DNA of 64,000 nucleotides from Nocardioides sp. (GCA_036265495.1 DATAOY010000087.1:3427-67426); one strand, 5' to 3'; shown: positions 37,461-46,776, numbered from the stretch's first letter. Made by a program: numbers and translations. The notes: generated by a model not told the origin, from the letters alone.

Positions 37461-39073
37461 CGTGTGCTCCTCGCGGTCGGTCCCCACTCGACGGTCATGC
37501 GCCATGTGGCGGGAGGTCCTGTGCGGACGGCTCGCGCGGCCTCGTCGAACCCGGCGCGGGAGACGATACGCCCTCCGGATGCCTCGACCTGAGTCGCCAC
37601 CCGGTCCGGGTCCAGCGACCGGACCCGGCCGGACTCGTGCCGCGTCTGCCAGGCGTGGGCGTCGCGTGGCGTGCGGGCGACCCCTTCGAGGAAGGCGCGG
37701 CCGCCGCGCCGCAGGACCATCGAGCAGAACGCGAAGAAGGCCTCGGTGCTGTCCGGCGTCAGCGCCTCGAGCAGACGCCGCGCGACGACCGCCTGCTCGC
37801 CGTCCCTCCGGGAGAGCAGAGCGCCCAGGGTCAGGACGTCGCGGAGGTCGTCGAGGCTGAAGGCCCGGGTCGAGACCAGTCGCTCCTCCTCCGCCTCCGG
37901 TCCGTCACCGGCGGCTCCGTGACCGGTGGCCCCACGCGGCGGCAGGGCGTAGTCCAGCCCGAGCACCCGCCGACCCGTGGCGTACACCGGGAGGTCGAAC
38001 CCCGCGCCGCAGCCCACCTCGACCACGCGTCCGACCCCCTCGAGCTGGGGGGCGACCCAACGGGCGAACCGCGAGGGGCGCCCGCCCTCCTCTGCGACTC
38101 GCGTGTTGTGCGCGTGCCAGTCGCGCCGCCCCTTCATCAGCGAGCCGAACCAGCCGTCGAACCGCTGGGTGATCTCCGGGCCGGGCAGGTGGCGGAACGA
38201 CGGATCGGGGACCCTCCAGCCCGGACCGTAGGAGACGGCGAGGAGCCGCTCCGGGTCTGCCGGCGCGGGCAGCCGGTGTCCCTCGAACGTCAGCTCGCGC
38301 AGGGGCAGCACCGCTTCGCGGGGCACGACCTCGCGCACCGTGGCGGTCTCGTGCAGCCGGTCCTCGACGTAGAAGCAGGTGTAGACGTCGAGGTTGCCCG
38401 AGCCGCCGTCCGGCACCTTGAACCGCACCGTCACGAAGCTGGCGGAACGGTGCTGCACCTTCAGCCCGGCAGCACGCAGGACCCGGCCGATGTCCCAGAG
38501 CTCGACGGCCATCTCGGCGGGCGTCTGCTTCTGACTGAGGTAGTTCAGGTCGATGTCGGAGTCGTGGCCGATCGCGCGGCCGTCCCGCGCCGCACCCAGC
38601 AGCGTGCCGAAGGACAACCAGCCCTCGATGCCGCAGTCGTCGCGCATGATCTGCAGCACCCGCCGAGCCATGTCGACCATGGCGTCGACGACGCCGGCTT
38701 CGCGACGGCCGTCGAACGGCCGCTGGATCAGGCCCCACTTGTCGATGAAGATGGGGATGCCGTTGTTGTCGACGAACTGAGGACGCCCCTCACCGGTGCC
38801 GAACGTGACGGTTCCGGAGAAGAGCTCGTCGTCGCCCGAGACGATGCGCACGTCCGCGGTGCCCTCGAGACGACGGCGAAGCCGCTTGGGCCACTCGACG
38901 CTGGTCACAGAGGGCGCGGCCTCCGTGGTGCCGAACGACCAGACGCGCTGGCCCTCCATGATCACGTCCAGCGAGCCCGAGAAGCCCTCGCCGAAGTGCA
39001 GGCCCTCGTCGTCGACGCGCAGCGGGCGTCTCCCCACCCGACGGCGGAGCGAGCGCGCCCGCATGAGCCTCAC
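37457..39073 (-). CDS. LicD-family phosphotransferase fused to a class I SAM methyltransferase
   Basis: FGTLLGAARDG..IGHDSDID and PAPADPE..YG..W motifs, then VVEVGCGAG. Confidence 0.8.
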   Translation of the reverse strand: MRLMRARSLRRRVGRRPLRVDDEGLHFGEGFSGSLDVIMEGQRVWSFGTTEAAPSVTSVEWPKRLRRRLEGTADVRIVSGDDELFSGTVTFGTGEGRPQFVDNNGIPIFIDKWGLIQRPFDGRREAGVVDAMVDMARRVLQIMRDDCGIEGWLSFGTLLGAARDGRAIGHDSDIDLNYLSQKQTPAEMAVELWDIGRVLRAAGLKVQHRSASFVTVRFKVPDGGSGNLDVYTCFYVEDRLHETATVREVVPREAVLPLRELTFEGHRLPAPADPERLLAVSYGPGWRVPDPSFRHLPGPEITQRFDGWFGSLMKGRRDWHAHNTRVAEEGGRPSRFARWVAPQLEGVGRVVEVGCGAGFDLPVYATGRRVLGLDYALPPRGATGHGAAGDGPEAEEERLVSTRAFSLDDLRDVLTLGALLSRRDGEQAVVARRLLEALTPDSTEAFFAFCSMVLRRGGRAFLEGVARTPRDAHAWQTRHESGRVRSLDPDRVATQVEASGGRIVSRAGFDEAARAVRTGPPATWRMTVEWGPTARSTR

Positions 39074-39143
39074 GTTCTCTCCTCGCCTGACGGGTGCTGG
39101 GGTGCCGGGTGCGTCCTCCGGTTCGGGTGCCGAGCCCCGGAGA

Positions 39144-42100
39144 CTACCCGGTCCCGAAGAGGGCGGACAGCACGTGGTGGTCGGTCGTCCGGCGTACCTG
39201 TGCGGAGTCGTCCATCAGCGCTCGCGAGAACGAGCCCCGCGACCCGAAGATCCAGTCGACTCGAGCGGCCTTGGGGAGGCGGCACCTCCCGGACACATTG
39301 CTACCGCCGGTCGCGGCCTCGAGGGGGGTCTTGCCGGTGATCGAGCAGAACGCCCGAGCGATCTCGTTGAAGTCGCCGGTCAGCAGGATCGGCAGGTGGT
39401 CGCCCTTGAGCCGGTGGATCGCCTTGAGCAGGATCCTCATGGACCGGTCACGGTCTGCCTGGTGGGCTCGCCTCGCCGAGAAGTGCACGTTGATCCAGTA
39501 GACCTGGGCACCGGTCGCGCGCTGTTGGAGCTTCACGATCGGCTGCGGTCGCCAGCCGCTGGTGAAGGGGATCGAGATCGAGCTGTGCCAGGTCATCTTC
39601 CAGTCGGCGCGCTTCCACATCACCGACTGCGGCGCACCGTCGTACCCCAGGGAGTTGCCGGGGTAGAACTTGAACGCATGCCGGGTGGCGGAGTCGAGGG
39701 CCACGATCTGGTCGGGCTGCGGCTCCTGCATGCCGATCAGTGAGGCGTGCCGCATCTCGAAGTAGGTGCTGGCCCACTCCGACCGGATGCGCCCGGGCGC
39801 CATGTTCGGCTCGTCGCCGCCGGGCGCGGTGTGCTGGCTGCCGAGCATGTTCATCGTCATGATCGCGAACGGCGTGACCGCGGCCCGGCGAGCGCTCGTG
39901 CGGGACTCGTCGGGCACCCGCGGCCGCGAGGCGAGGCCGACCCGCGCGATCTGCCCCGGTGAGGCGTGGTCGAGGTATCGCTCCGACGGCAGGTCGCTGC
40001 GATGCAGGTCGACCTGGTGGGCGGGTGACCCGTGTGCAGTAAGGGCAGAGGCCGTCGACGGGTGGACCGTGCGCAGCGCCTTCACGGTCTGGGTGCGGCC
40101 ATCGCCGAGCTGACCCATCTCGTCGTTCCCCCAGCAGGTGAACGCGCCGCCGACGGGGATCGCACAGGTGTGCAGCCAGCCCGCGGAGGTGAGCTGGATC
40201 GGGGAGGTCAGGGCCGCGACCTCGGTCGGGATCGGGTTCGGCGTGCCCGAGGCGGCGTCGCCGAGCTGTCCGTACCGGTCATCGCCCCAGCACCAGATTC
40301 GCTCGTCGTCGGCGGTGGCGCACGTGGAGCCGTCGCCGGTGGTGACCTGGGTCCAGGTCTGCCCGCCGATGACGGTGGTCGGCCGGGCATGGTTGGTGAG
40401 CGTGCCGTCACCGAGCTGGCCCTGTCGGTTGAAGCCCCAGCAGAGCATCCGGCCGGTCTGGGTGATGCCACAGGTCTGGGCCCACGCCGTGCTCAGCTGG
40501 AGCCAGGTGGCGCCGGTGTCGACCGGGACCGGTGCGGCGCGGGTCGTGGTCGTGCCGTCGCCGACCTCGCCGAAGCTGTTGTGGCCCCAGCAGAACGCCT
40601 GTCCGGCGACGTCGAGGGCGCACGAGTGCCAGCCTCCGGTGGTGACGGACTCCCAGTCGCTGGCGGTGCCGACGCGTTGCGGCCTGCCGTGCCGGCGGTC
40701 GACGGTCCCGATCCCGAGCTGGCCCCAGAGGTTCTGGCCCCAGCACCACAGCGTGCCGTTCGTCCTGGTGGCGCAGGTGTGCGTCCAGGCGGTCGAGACG
40801 GTCGCCCACTTCGTGTTCGTACCGACCTGGTGCGGACGGTGCCGGGGCCTTCCGTGGCCGATGCCGAGCTGGCCGTAGTTGTCGAGGCCCCAGCACCACA
40901 GCGTGCCGTCCCTCTTGACGCCGCAGGTGCTGGCGCCGCTCGTGCTGACGGTCGCCCAGTCCTTGCCCGCGACGTCCGCCGGTACGTCGCGGCGCGTCGT
41001 GGTGCCGTCACCGACCTGGCCGAAGTCGTTGCGTCCCCAGCAGCGGGCGGTGCCGTCGGACCGGGTCACGCAGGTGGTCTGCCCCCCGGCCGAGAGGCTC
41101 ACCGAGGCCGGGGTGATCTTCACCAGCAGCGAGCCGGTGTGGCCCGTGGTGACCGGCTGGGTGTTGCTGGTGCGGTAGGTGACCCGGTAGGTGCCGGACT
41201 TGGTCGGCGTGCCGGACAGGAGACCGGTCGAGGAGAGGGTCAGGCCGCTGGGGAGGCCGACGGCCTCCGTCCAGGCGACTCGGCCGCGGGTCCCCGGCGC
41301 GACCGTGAGCTGGCGGCGTACGGTCTCGCCGACCGCGCCGGTCAGCACCTGGTGGCGGGGAGCCGGGACCGGCCACAGCGCGAGCTGCTGCCAGGCCTCC
41401 TTGGCGGCGACCCGGAGCGCGGGGGAACGGGCGTACGAGCGGGCGGCGGCCAGCGAGGTGCGCACGGCGGCCCGCGACGGGTCGCAGACCAGGTCGTGTC
41501 GCGTGCACACCGACCACACGGCGTACGCGCCCTGCGTGGCCGGGACGTCCGGGAAGGACCTCAGCACCTCGGGGAACAGGCCGCGGTCTCGGCGGCGAGC
41601 CGCCGGGTCGCCGAGGACCGGGTGGGCCACCGAACGACCGACCCGCTCGGGGTCGGACACCAGCACTCCGCCGATCAGCCCGCTGAGCCCGCCTTCGGCA
41701 GCCGCACGGACCAGAACCCGGTGGACGACGGCCGCACCCTGTGCGTAGCCGACCAGCAGCACCGGACGGTCGGGGCAGGCGGCGATCGAGGCGGCCACGA
41801 GCCGACGGGTGTCGCGGACACCATCGACCACCGGGGACCGCCAGTGCCGGACCTTGCCCCTGCCCAGCATCGCGAGGGTGTGGGACGTCGGGGTGTGGCG
41901 GTCGCGCAGCACGACCCGGGGCTTCTGCGTACGCATCGGGACGCTGCGGACGGCGACGCTCCGGCCGTGTGCCTCGGCCCTGGCAACGACCCGGCTCACG
42001 ACGGCGTTGACGGTCTTTCCGTAGGCCTGGCCGTCACCGTGGTGCTCGGCGTTGCCGTTCACGCCGACGACGAGGGCGTCCGCACAGCGCGAGCCGGCTC

Positions 42101-42251
42101 GGTAGTCGGCGGTGCGAACCGTCGGCGGACGTCCCGCGCCGTGGTCCGGCAGCGTGCCCGCCGCCAGTGCGAGCACGCCGGACCCGAGGACGGCGACCGC
42201 CCCGACGACGACGCGTCGGTCGCGGAGCAGCGCCGTCGGCGCACTCAACAC
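39144..42251 (-). CDS. Secreted multidomain protein: cutinase-like + Ig-like + 7 RCC1 repeats + EEP domain
   Basis: N-terminal TM; C...VGYAQGA...DP...CTRHDLVC; LPSGLTL..GLLSGTP; seven CWG..GQ.G repeats; QE, TGDFN, VDWI and TDH. Confidence 0.85.
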   Translation of the reverse strand: MLSAPTALLRDRRVVVGAVAVLGSGVLALAAGTLPDHGAGRPPTVRTADYRAGSRCADALVVGVNGNAEHHGDGQAYGKTVNAVVSRVVARAEAHGRSVAVRSVPMRTQKPRVVLRDRHTPTSHTLAMLGRGKVRHWRSPVVDGVRDTRRLVAASIAACPDRPVLLVGYAQGAAVVHRVLVRAAAEGGLSGLIGGVLVSDPERVGRSVAHPVLGDPAARRRDRGLFPEVLRSFPDVPATQGAYAVWSVCTRHDLVCDPSRAAVRTSLAAARSYARSPALRVAAKEAWQQLALWPVPAPRHQVLTGAVGETVRRQLTVAPGTRGRVAWTEAVGLPSGLTLSSTGLLSGTPTKSGTYRVTYRTSNTQPVTTGHTGSLLVKITPASVSLSAGGQTTCVTRSDGTARCWGRNDFGQVGDGTTTRRDVPADVAGKDWATVSTSGASTCGVKRDGTLWCWGLDNYGQLGIGHGRPRHRPHQVGTNTKWATVSTAWTHTCATRTNGTLWCWGQNLWGQLGIGTVDRRHGRPQRVGTASDWESVTTGGWHSCALDVAGQAFCWGHNSFGEVGDGTTTTRAAPVPVDTGATWLQLSTAWAQTCGITQTGRMLCWGFNRQGQLGDGTLTNHARPTTVIGGQTWTQVTTGDGSTCATADDERIWCWGDDRYGQLGDAASGTPNPIPTEVAALTSPIQLTSAGWLHTCAIPVGGAFTCWGNDEMGQLGDGRTQTVKALRTVHPSTASALTAHGSPAHQVDLHRSDLPSERYLDHASPGQIARVGLASRPRVPDESRTSARRAAVTPFAIMTMNMLGSQHTAPGGDEPNMAPGRIRSEWASTYFEMRHASLIGMQEPQPDQIVALDSATRHAFKFYPGNSLGYDGAPQSVMWKRADWKMTWHSSISIPFTSGWRPQPIVKLQQRATGAQVYWINVHFSARRAHQADRDRSMRILLKAIHRLKGDHLPILLTGDFNEIARAFCSITGKTPLEAATGGSNVSGRCRLPKAARVDWIFGSRGSFSRALMDDSAQVRRTTDHHVLSALFGTG

Positions 42252-42267
42252 CTCACCAGTCCTTACC

Positions 42268-43578
42268 TCACAGGTCCTTGCGGATGATCGCGTAGGGGTC
42301 GACGCGCAGGGCACGCGCCCGCTCGGGCACGGTCCCCGTCTCGTCGCAGTGCCCGGGCTTCCAGGCCGCCGGCACGTGGGTGAACAGGTAGTCGATCCAG
42401 TTGGCGTAGTTCCGCGTGGTCGCGCCGCGCTGGATCTCACCGACGACCTCGTCGCTGGCCAGCGAGACCGGCGTCCAGTTCGCCGACCCGTTCCAGGTGA
42501 TGTTGGCGTGGGTGTTCTTGCCGTAGACGCCACTGACGGTCATCGACTTCATGTGCACGTACTTGTCGTAGATGCCGTTGCAGTCCGCGTCGTAGGCCAG
42601 GTGCGTGAGCGGCACGCCGTTTGGCCCGGCCTCATGCCGCAGCACGTGGAGCACCTGGTTGCCGAACATCGCGTACACGAGACGGATGTTGCAGCCGCGC
42701 TTCTTCATCTGGGCGAGGCGGTGGGCGATGGCCAGACCTCGGTTGCCGTACGTCGCGGTCTGCGCGATCCGGATCTTGGTGTGCCCCCGGACGCCGGTGC
42801 CGCGGGTCGCCCCGGTGCAGCGGACCTTGTTCAGCACGCTCAGCACCGGATCCGCCTTGGTGTGGGCCCCCGTGTACGGATAGAAGTCCAGGTCCTTGGT
42901 GCCGTGGTCGTAGCTGAGGAACCCCTGCTTCACGGCGTGATCGTGCTTCATCTGGTTGAAGACCTTGTTGAACTCCCGGTACTTGGCCTTCCCGCCGGTC
43001 AGCGTGAAGATGTCGTTCCACTGGATCGAGGCCGCCAGCTCGGTCGCGTTGGCCGAGCCGTACATCTCGACGTACTTGGTCTTCTGGACCTTGTCGAAGA
43101 TGTAGAACTTCGTGTGCGCGATGCCGTGGTGACCGCGACAGGAGCGACGACACCGGTGCAGCCAGCTGGTCATCGTCGGCTTGCGGTGCTTGTCGCCGCG
43201 AGCCAGCGCGAGGTGCGTGCGCTTGGCCAGGGGGTTCGGGACGTCGGCGTTCCAGTTCCCGTAGTCCATCAGCACCCGGACGCTGACGCCCCTCCGGTGG
43301 GCGCGGATCAGAGCGCGGGTGATCGCCGGGCTGCGGTAGTTCCAGCTCGCGATCCGGATCTTGTGACCCTTCTTCACGCTGTCGATCGTGCGCACGAGCT
43401 TGCGCACGATGCTGTGCGCCGCCACGACTCCGCCGTACGGGTTGTTGAAGGTCGCGCCGCGAGTCGGGGTGTAGTGATCGGGCGTCGCCTGCGCCGGGCC
43501 GGCCCCGACCAGCACCGCGACGGAGAGGCAGGGAAGCACGAGGGCGAGGCACAGCGCCTTGCGCAGGGAGGATGTCAT
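42268..43578 (-). CDS. Secreted phospholipase D-superfamily protein
   Basis: Signal peptide, then HTKFYIFD...GSAN and HMKSMTVS...GSANW. Confidence 0.88.
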   Translation of the reverse strand: MTSSLRKALCLALVLPCLSVAVLVGAGPAQATPDHYTPTRGATFNNPYGGVVAAHSIVRKLVRTIDSVKKGHKIRIASWNYRSPAITRALIRAHRRGVSVRVLMDYGNWNADVPNPLAKRTHLALARGDKHRKPTMTSWLHRCRRSCRGHHGIAHTKFYIFDKVQKTKYVEMYGSANATELAASIQWNDIFTLTGGKAKYREFNKVFNQMKHDHAVKQGFLSYDHGTKDLDFYPYTGAHTKADPVLSVLNKVRCTGATRGTGVRGHTKIRIAQTATYGNRGLAIAHRLAQMKKRGCNIRLVYAMFGNQVLHVLRHEAGPNGVPLTHLAYDADCNGIYDKYVHMKSMTVSGVYGKNTHANITWNGSANWTPVSLASDEVVGEIQRGATTRNYANWIDYLFTHVPAAWKPGHCDETGTVPERARALRVDPYAIIRKDL

Positions 43579-43647
43579 CTGAGTCCGTTCGGGTGTCGCG
43601 GTGGGCCTGCCGCGCGAGGTTCCAGGCCCGGCTCGATCCACGGGAGT

Positions 43648-43663
43648 GTAACCCACCAGTCAC
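43648..43663. promoter_or_regulatory. GTnAC-n6-GTnAC box (candidate MtrA/GlnR site)
   Basis: GTAAC-ccacca-GTCAC, 70 nt upstream of the PLD start. Confidence 0.4.
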
Positions 43664-43713
43664 ACGGGTCCCATGGAACTCAGCGGCATCCGACCGCCGA
43701 GGTTTCGGGTGGA

Positions 43714-44103
43714 TCAGGCTCCGCACACGGCCATCGTGTGCTGGAAGTCCTGGTCCTTGGCCAGCGTGGTCGCCGCCCGGGAGATCGTACGGCCCAGGCC
43801 CGCATAGAACGAATGCGCGTACGTCACGAGACGGTGCCCGTCGCTGCACTCGTAGACCTGGGCCCTGACCCATCCGGCATCGGTCGTGCAGCCGTGGTAG
43901 GAGTGCGGGAGGGTCGCGCCCTTCTTCCAGACCACGGCGCAGGCCGGTCCGTCGGGCTGCGCGTCACCCGTGTGGGCCGTCGAGGGCGGCCGTGTGGCGG
44001 GGTCCTGGGCGACGGTCGAGGAGTCGGATCCGCAGCCGGTCGACGTGCCCGCCGTCAGCAGGAACGCGCCCACCGCAACGGCGGTCCTGACCCTCGACCT
44101 CAT
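43714..44103 (-). CDS. Small Cys-containing putative lipoprotein
   Basis: Signal peptide ending STGC plus four further Cys. TACCAT -10 lies 6 nt before the ATG. Confidence 0.75.
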   Translation of the reverse strand: MRSRVRTAVAVGAFLLTAGTSTGCGSDSSTVAQDPATRPPSTAHTGDAQPDGPACAVVWKKGATLPHSYHGCTTDAGWVRAQVYECSDGHRLVTYAHSFYAGLGRTISRAATTLAKDQDFQHTMAVCGA

Positions 44104-44129
44104 GCGCTGATGGTACGCCGGATCGGGGG

Positions 44130-45269
44130 CTACGGTGCGTACCAGCGGGACGTCGCGGTGACCGTCGCGTAGAGGTAGAAGTGGTCGCTGGCACGGCCGA
44201 GGCCGGCGCCGTCCTGTCGGTAGCCGCTGAAGCTGACGCCACCGCCCCCCATGATCCAGTCGACCCGCAGCGGGGGCGGCGGCAGGTGGCAGCCGCCGAC
44301 GCCGCTGCCGCCGTTCGCGGCGACCATCCCGGTCGACGCCGCGACCCGGCAGAAGAACTCGGTGTGCTCGTTCATGTCGCCGGTGATGATCACCGGGAGC
44401 CCGGTGGCCCGGAGCTGGTTGATCAGGCCGATCTCGATGCCGGTCGCGGCGTCACGCTGTGCCTCCATGCCGGCGGCGGAGTTGTGCGCCGTGATCATCC
44501 AGAACTCGGCCCCGGTCTGCCGGTCGCGGAGCAGGACGTAGGGCAGCGGGATCCGCTGGCTGGAGAACGTGTAGGTGACCGAGCCCGACCTCTGCATCGT
44601 GAACCGGTCGGAGCGCCAGTAGAGCTGGAGCCGCTCGCCGTTGTGGCCCAGGCTCGCGGCCGGCCAGAAGGAGTACGACGGCATGTGGCTCTGCAGCACC
44701 GCCAGCTGGTCGGACTGCACCTCCTGCATGCCGCCCACGTCGACGCCGCGCGAGACCAGCAGGGACGCCGTGATCCCGGCGCGGTAGGTGCCCGGCCCGA
44801 AGCCGCCCCGGCCGGCCGAGTGCTGGCTGCCCAGGATGTTGGACTGCGCGATGGTGAACGTCGAGTGCGTCGGCGAGAGCGTGCTGACCTTGCGGGCCAG
44901 TGCCGCCGCCGGCTTCAGGGCGAGCGTCGTGCCGTGGTGGACGCGGTACGGCGAGGACTCCTGGCGGTCTGACTGGCGCGAGACGTCGACCCGGAGCGCG
45001 CCGTTCGGGGCCCGCTTCGGTGCCTGGTCCGCGGTGTGCCGCCCGGCCCGAGACTGCTGCCCGGAGTCGCTGTGCTGCGCCTGGGCGGTGCTCCCCGAGG
45101 CTCTGCTGAGGGTGTCGCCGGCGTGGTCGGCGGTGCCGGACGCCATGCCCTGCGCCACCGCGACCACCGTCAGCGTGGCCACGCTGAGGAACCCACCGAC
45201 GCCCCAGGCGATACCGCGGGGAACCGTGCGCAGCCGAGGCTGCCGCCGGGTCCCGAGGTGCTTGGCCAT
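44130..45269 (-). CDS. Exported endonuclease/exonuclease/phosphatase (EEP) protein
   Basis: N-terminal TM, then NILGSQH, MQE, TGDMN, VDWI and SDH. Confidence 0.87.
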   Translation of the reverse strand: MAKHLGTRRQPRLRTVPRGIAWGVGGFLSVATLTVVAVAQGMASGTADHAGDTLSRASGSTAQAQHSDSGQQSRAGRHTADQAPKRAPNGALRVDVSRQSDRQESSPYRVHHGTTLALKPAAALARKVSTLSPTHSTFTIAQSNILGSQHSAGRGGFGPGTYRAGITASLLVSRGVDVGGMQEVQSDQLAVLQSHMPSYSFWPAASLGHNGERLQLYWRSDRFTMQRSGSVTYTFSSQRIPLPYVLLRDRQTGAEFWMITAHNSAAGMEAQRDAATGIEIGLINQLRATGLPVIITGDMNEHTEFFCRVAASTGMVAANGGSGVGGCHLPPPPLRVDWIMGGGGVSFSGYRQDGAGLGRASDHFYLYATVTATSRWYAP

Positions 45270-45435
45270 GGAGATCGCTCCCTGAGCGGTCGGGGGGTGG
45301 ACACAACACCGCTTCCGTCACCGGCCCGGCACAGGCCCGTCAACAGGGGGGCGTCGACACCTGAGTCTAAACGGGCCGCGCTCGGGGCGGGTAGTTACGG
45401 CGAACCTCGTCGCCCCGACGGTAGCGTTGAGGTCT

Positions 45436-46776
45436 GTGAGCACCGCCCAGTCGGGGCCGGCGAAGCCCGGCCGCGTGTACGCCGCGCGCCTGGTCGGCCT
45501 CCCCATCTTCGACCCGCAGGGTGACCAGGTCGGCAAGGTCCGCGACCTGGTGGTGGCGATCCGCTCCGAGGCCAACCAGCCGCGCGTGCTGGGGCTGGTC
45601 GCCGAGGTGTTCGGGCGCCGCCGGATCTTCGTCCCCATGACGCGGGTCACCCACATCGACAGCGGGCAGGTCTACACCACCGGGCTGCTCAACATGCGCC
45701 GGTTCGAGCAGCGGCCGACCGAGACCCTGGTGATCGGACAGATGCTCGACCGCACGGTCACCATCGAGACCGGCGAGCGCGGCGAGGGCGGCATCACCGG
45801 CACCGTGTACGACGTCGCCATGGAGCAGGTGCGCACGCGCGACTGGGTCCTCAGCCGGGTCGCCGTCCAGGAGCCGGGCAAGGGGCTCCGGCGCAAGAGC
45901 CTGCGGCGCCGCGGCCAGACCCATGTCGTCGAGTGGCGAGACGTCGTCGGACTGGTGGGGCGCGAGCCCACGCAGGGCGCCACGCATCTGATCGCGGCGC
46001 TGAACGAGATGCGAGCCGCCGACGCCGCCAGCGTGATCCACGACCTGCCTCCGGAGCGGCGGGCCGCCGTGGTCGCCGCGCTGGACGACGAGCGGCTGGC
46101 CGACGTCCTCGAGGAGCTCCCCGACGAGGACCAGGTCGAGATCCTGGAGCACCTCGACATCGAGCGCGCCGCCGACGTGCTCGAGGAGATGACCGCGGAT
46201 GACGCCGCGGACCTGATCGCCGACCTGGCACCCGACACCGCCGCCAAGCTGCTGGAGCTGATGGAGCCCGACGAGGCCGAGGACGTGCGCCGGCTGATGT
46301 CGTATGCGGAGGAGACGGCCGGTGCGATGATGACGCCGGAGCCGGTGATCCTCGGGCCCGACGCGACGATCGCGGACGCGCTGGCCCAGATCCGGAACGA
46401 GGAGCTCCCGGTCTCGCTCGCGGCCATGGTGTACGTCTGCCGGCAACCGCTCGAGACGCCGACCGGCAAGCTGCTCGGGGTCGCCCACTTCCAGCGGCTG
46501 CTGCGCGAGCCTCCTTCGACCCTGGTCGCCGCCGCCCTCGACCAGTCGATGGATCCGCTGCATCCCGAGGCGACCATCGACGACGTGGCGGCGCACCTCG
46601 CGACGTACAACCTCGTGGCGGCGCCGGTCGTGGACGACGACGGCCACCTGCTCGGGGCGGTCACCGTCGACGACCTGCTCGACCACATGCTCCCGGAGAA
46701 CTGGCGCGACCAGCCGATGGACGCCCATGGCAGGCCCTCCGGCGACGACCAGCGGACGGGGGCGCGTCATGGCTGA
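45436..46776 (+). CDS. MgtE N-terminal/CBS domain protein with PRC-barrel-like N-terminus
   Basis: DDAADL, ETAGAMMT and GAVTVDD motifs. No TM domain. Confidence 0.9.
   Translation: MSTAQSGPAKPGRVYAARLVGLPIFDPQGDQVGKVRDLVVAIRSEANQPRVLGLVAEVFGRRRIFVPMTRVTHIDSGQVYTTGLLNMRRFEQRPTETLVIGQMLDRTVTIETGERGEGGITGTVYDVAMEQVRTRDWVLSRVAVQEPGKGLRRKSLRRRGQTHVVEWRDVVGLVGREPTQGATHLIAALNEMRAADAASVIHDLPPERRAAVVAALDDERLADVLEELPDEDQVEILEHLDIERAADVLEEMTADDAADLIADLAPDTAAKLLELMEPDEAEDVRRLMSYAEETAGAMMTPEPVILGPDATIADALAQIRNEELPVSLAAMVYVCRQPLETPTGKLLGVAHFQRLLREPPSTLVAAALDQSMDPLHPEATIDDVAAHLATYNLVAAPVVDDDGHLLGAVTVDDLLDHMLPENWRDQPMDAHGRPSGDDQRTGARHG

Noticed and set aside
39144-45269. Anti-phage nuclease defence island or secreted toxin-immunity system
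   Set aside because: The PLD and EEP proteins have export signals, there are no helicase or ATPase partners, and there are no T7SS or RHS features. Envelope function fits better.
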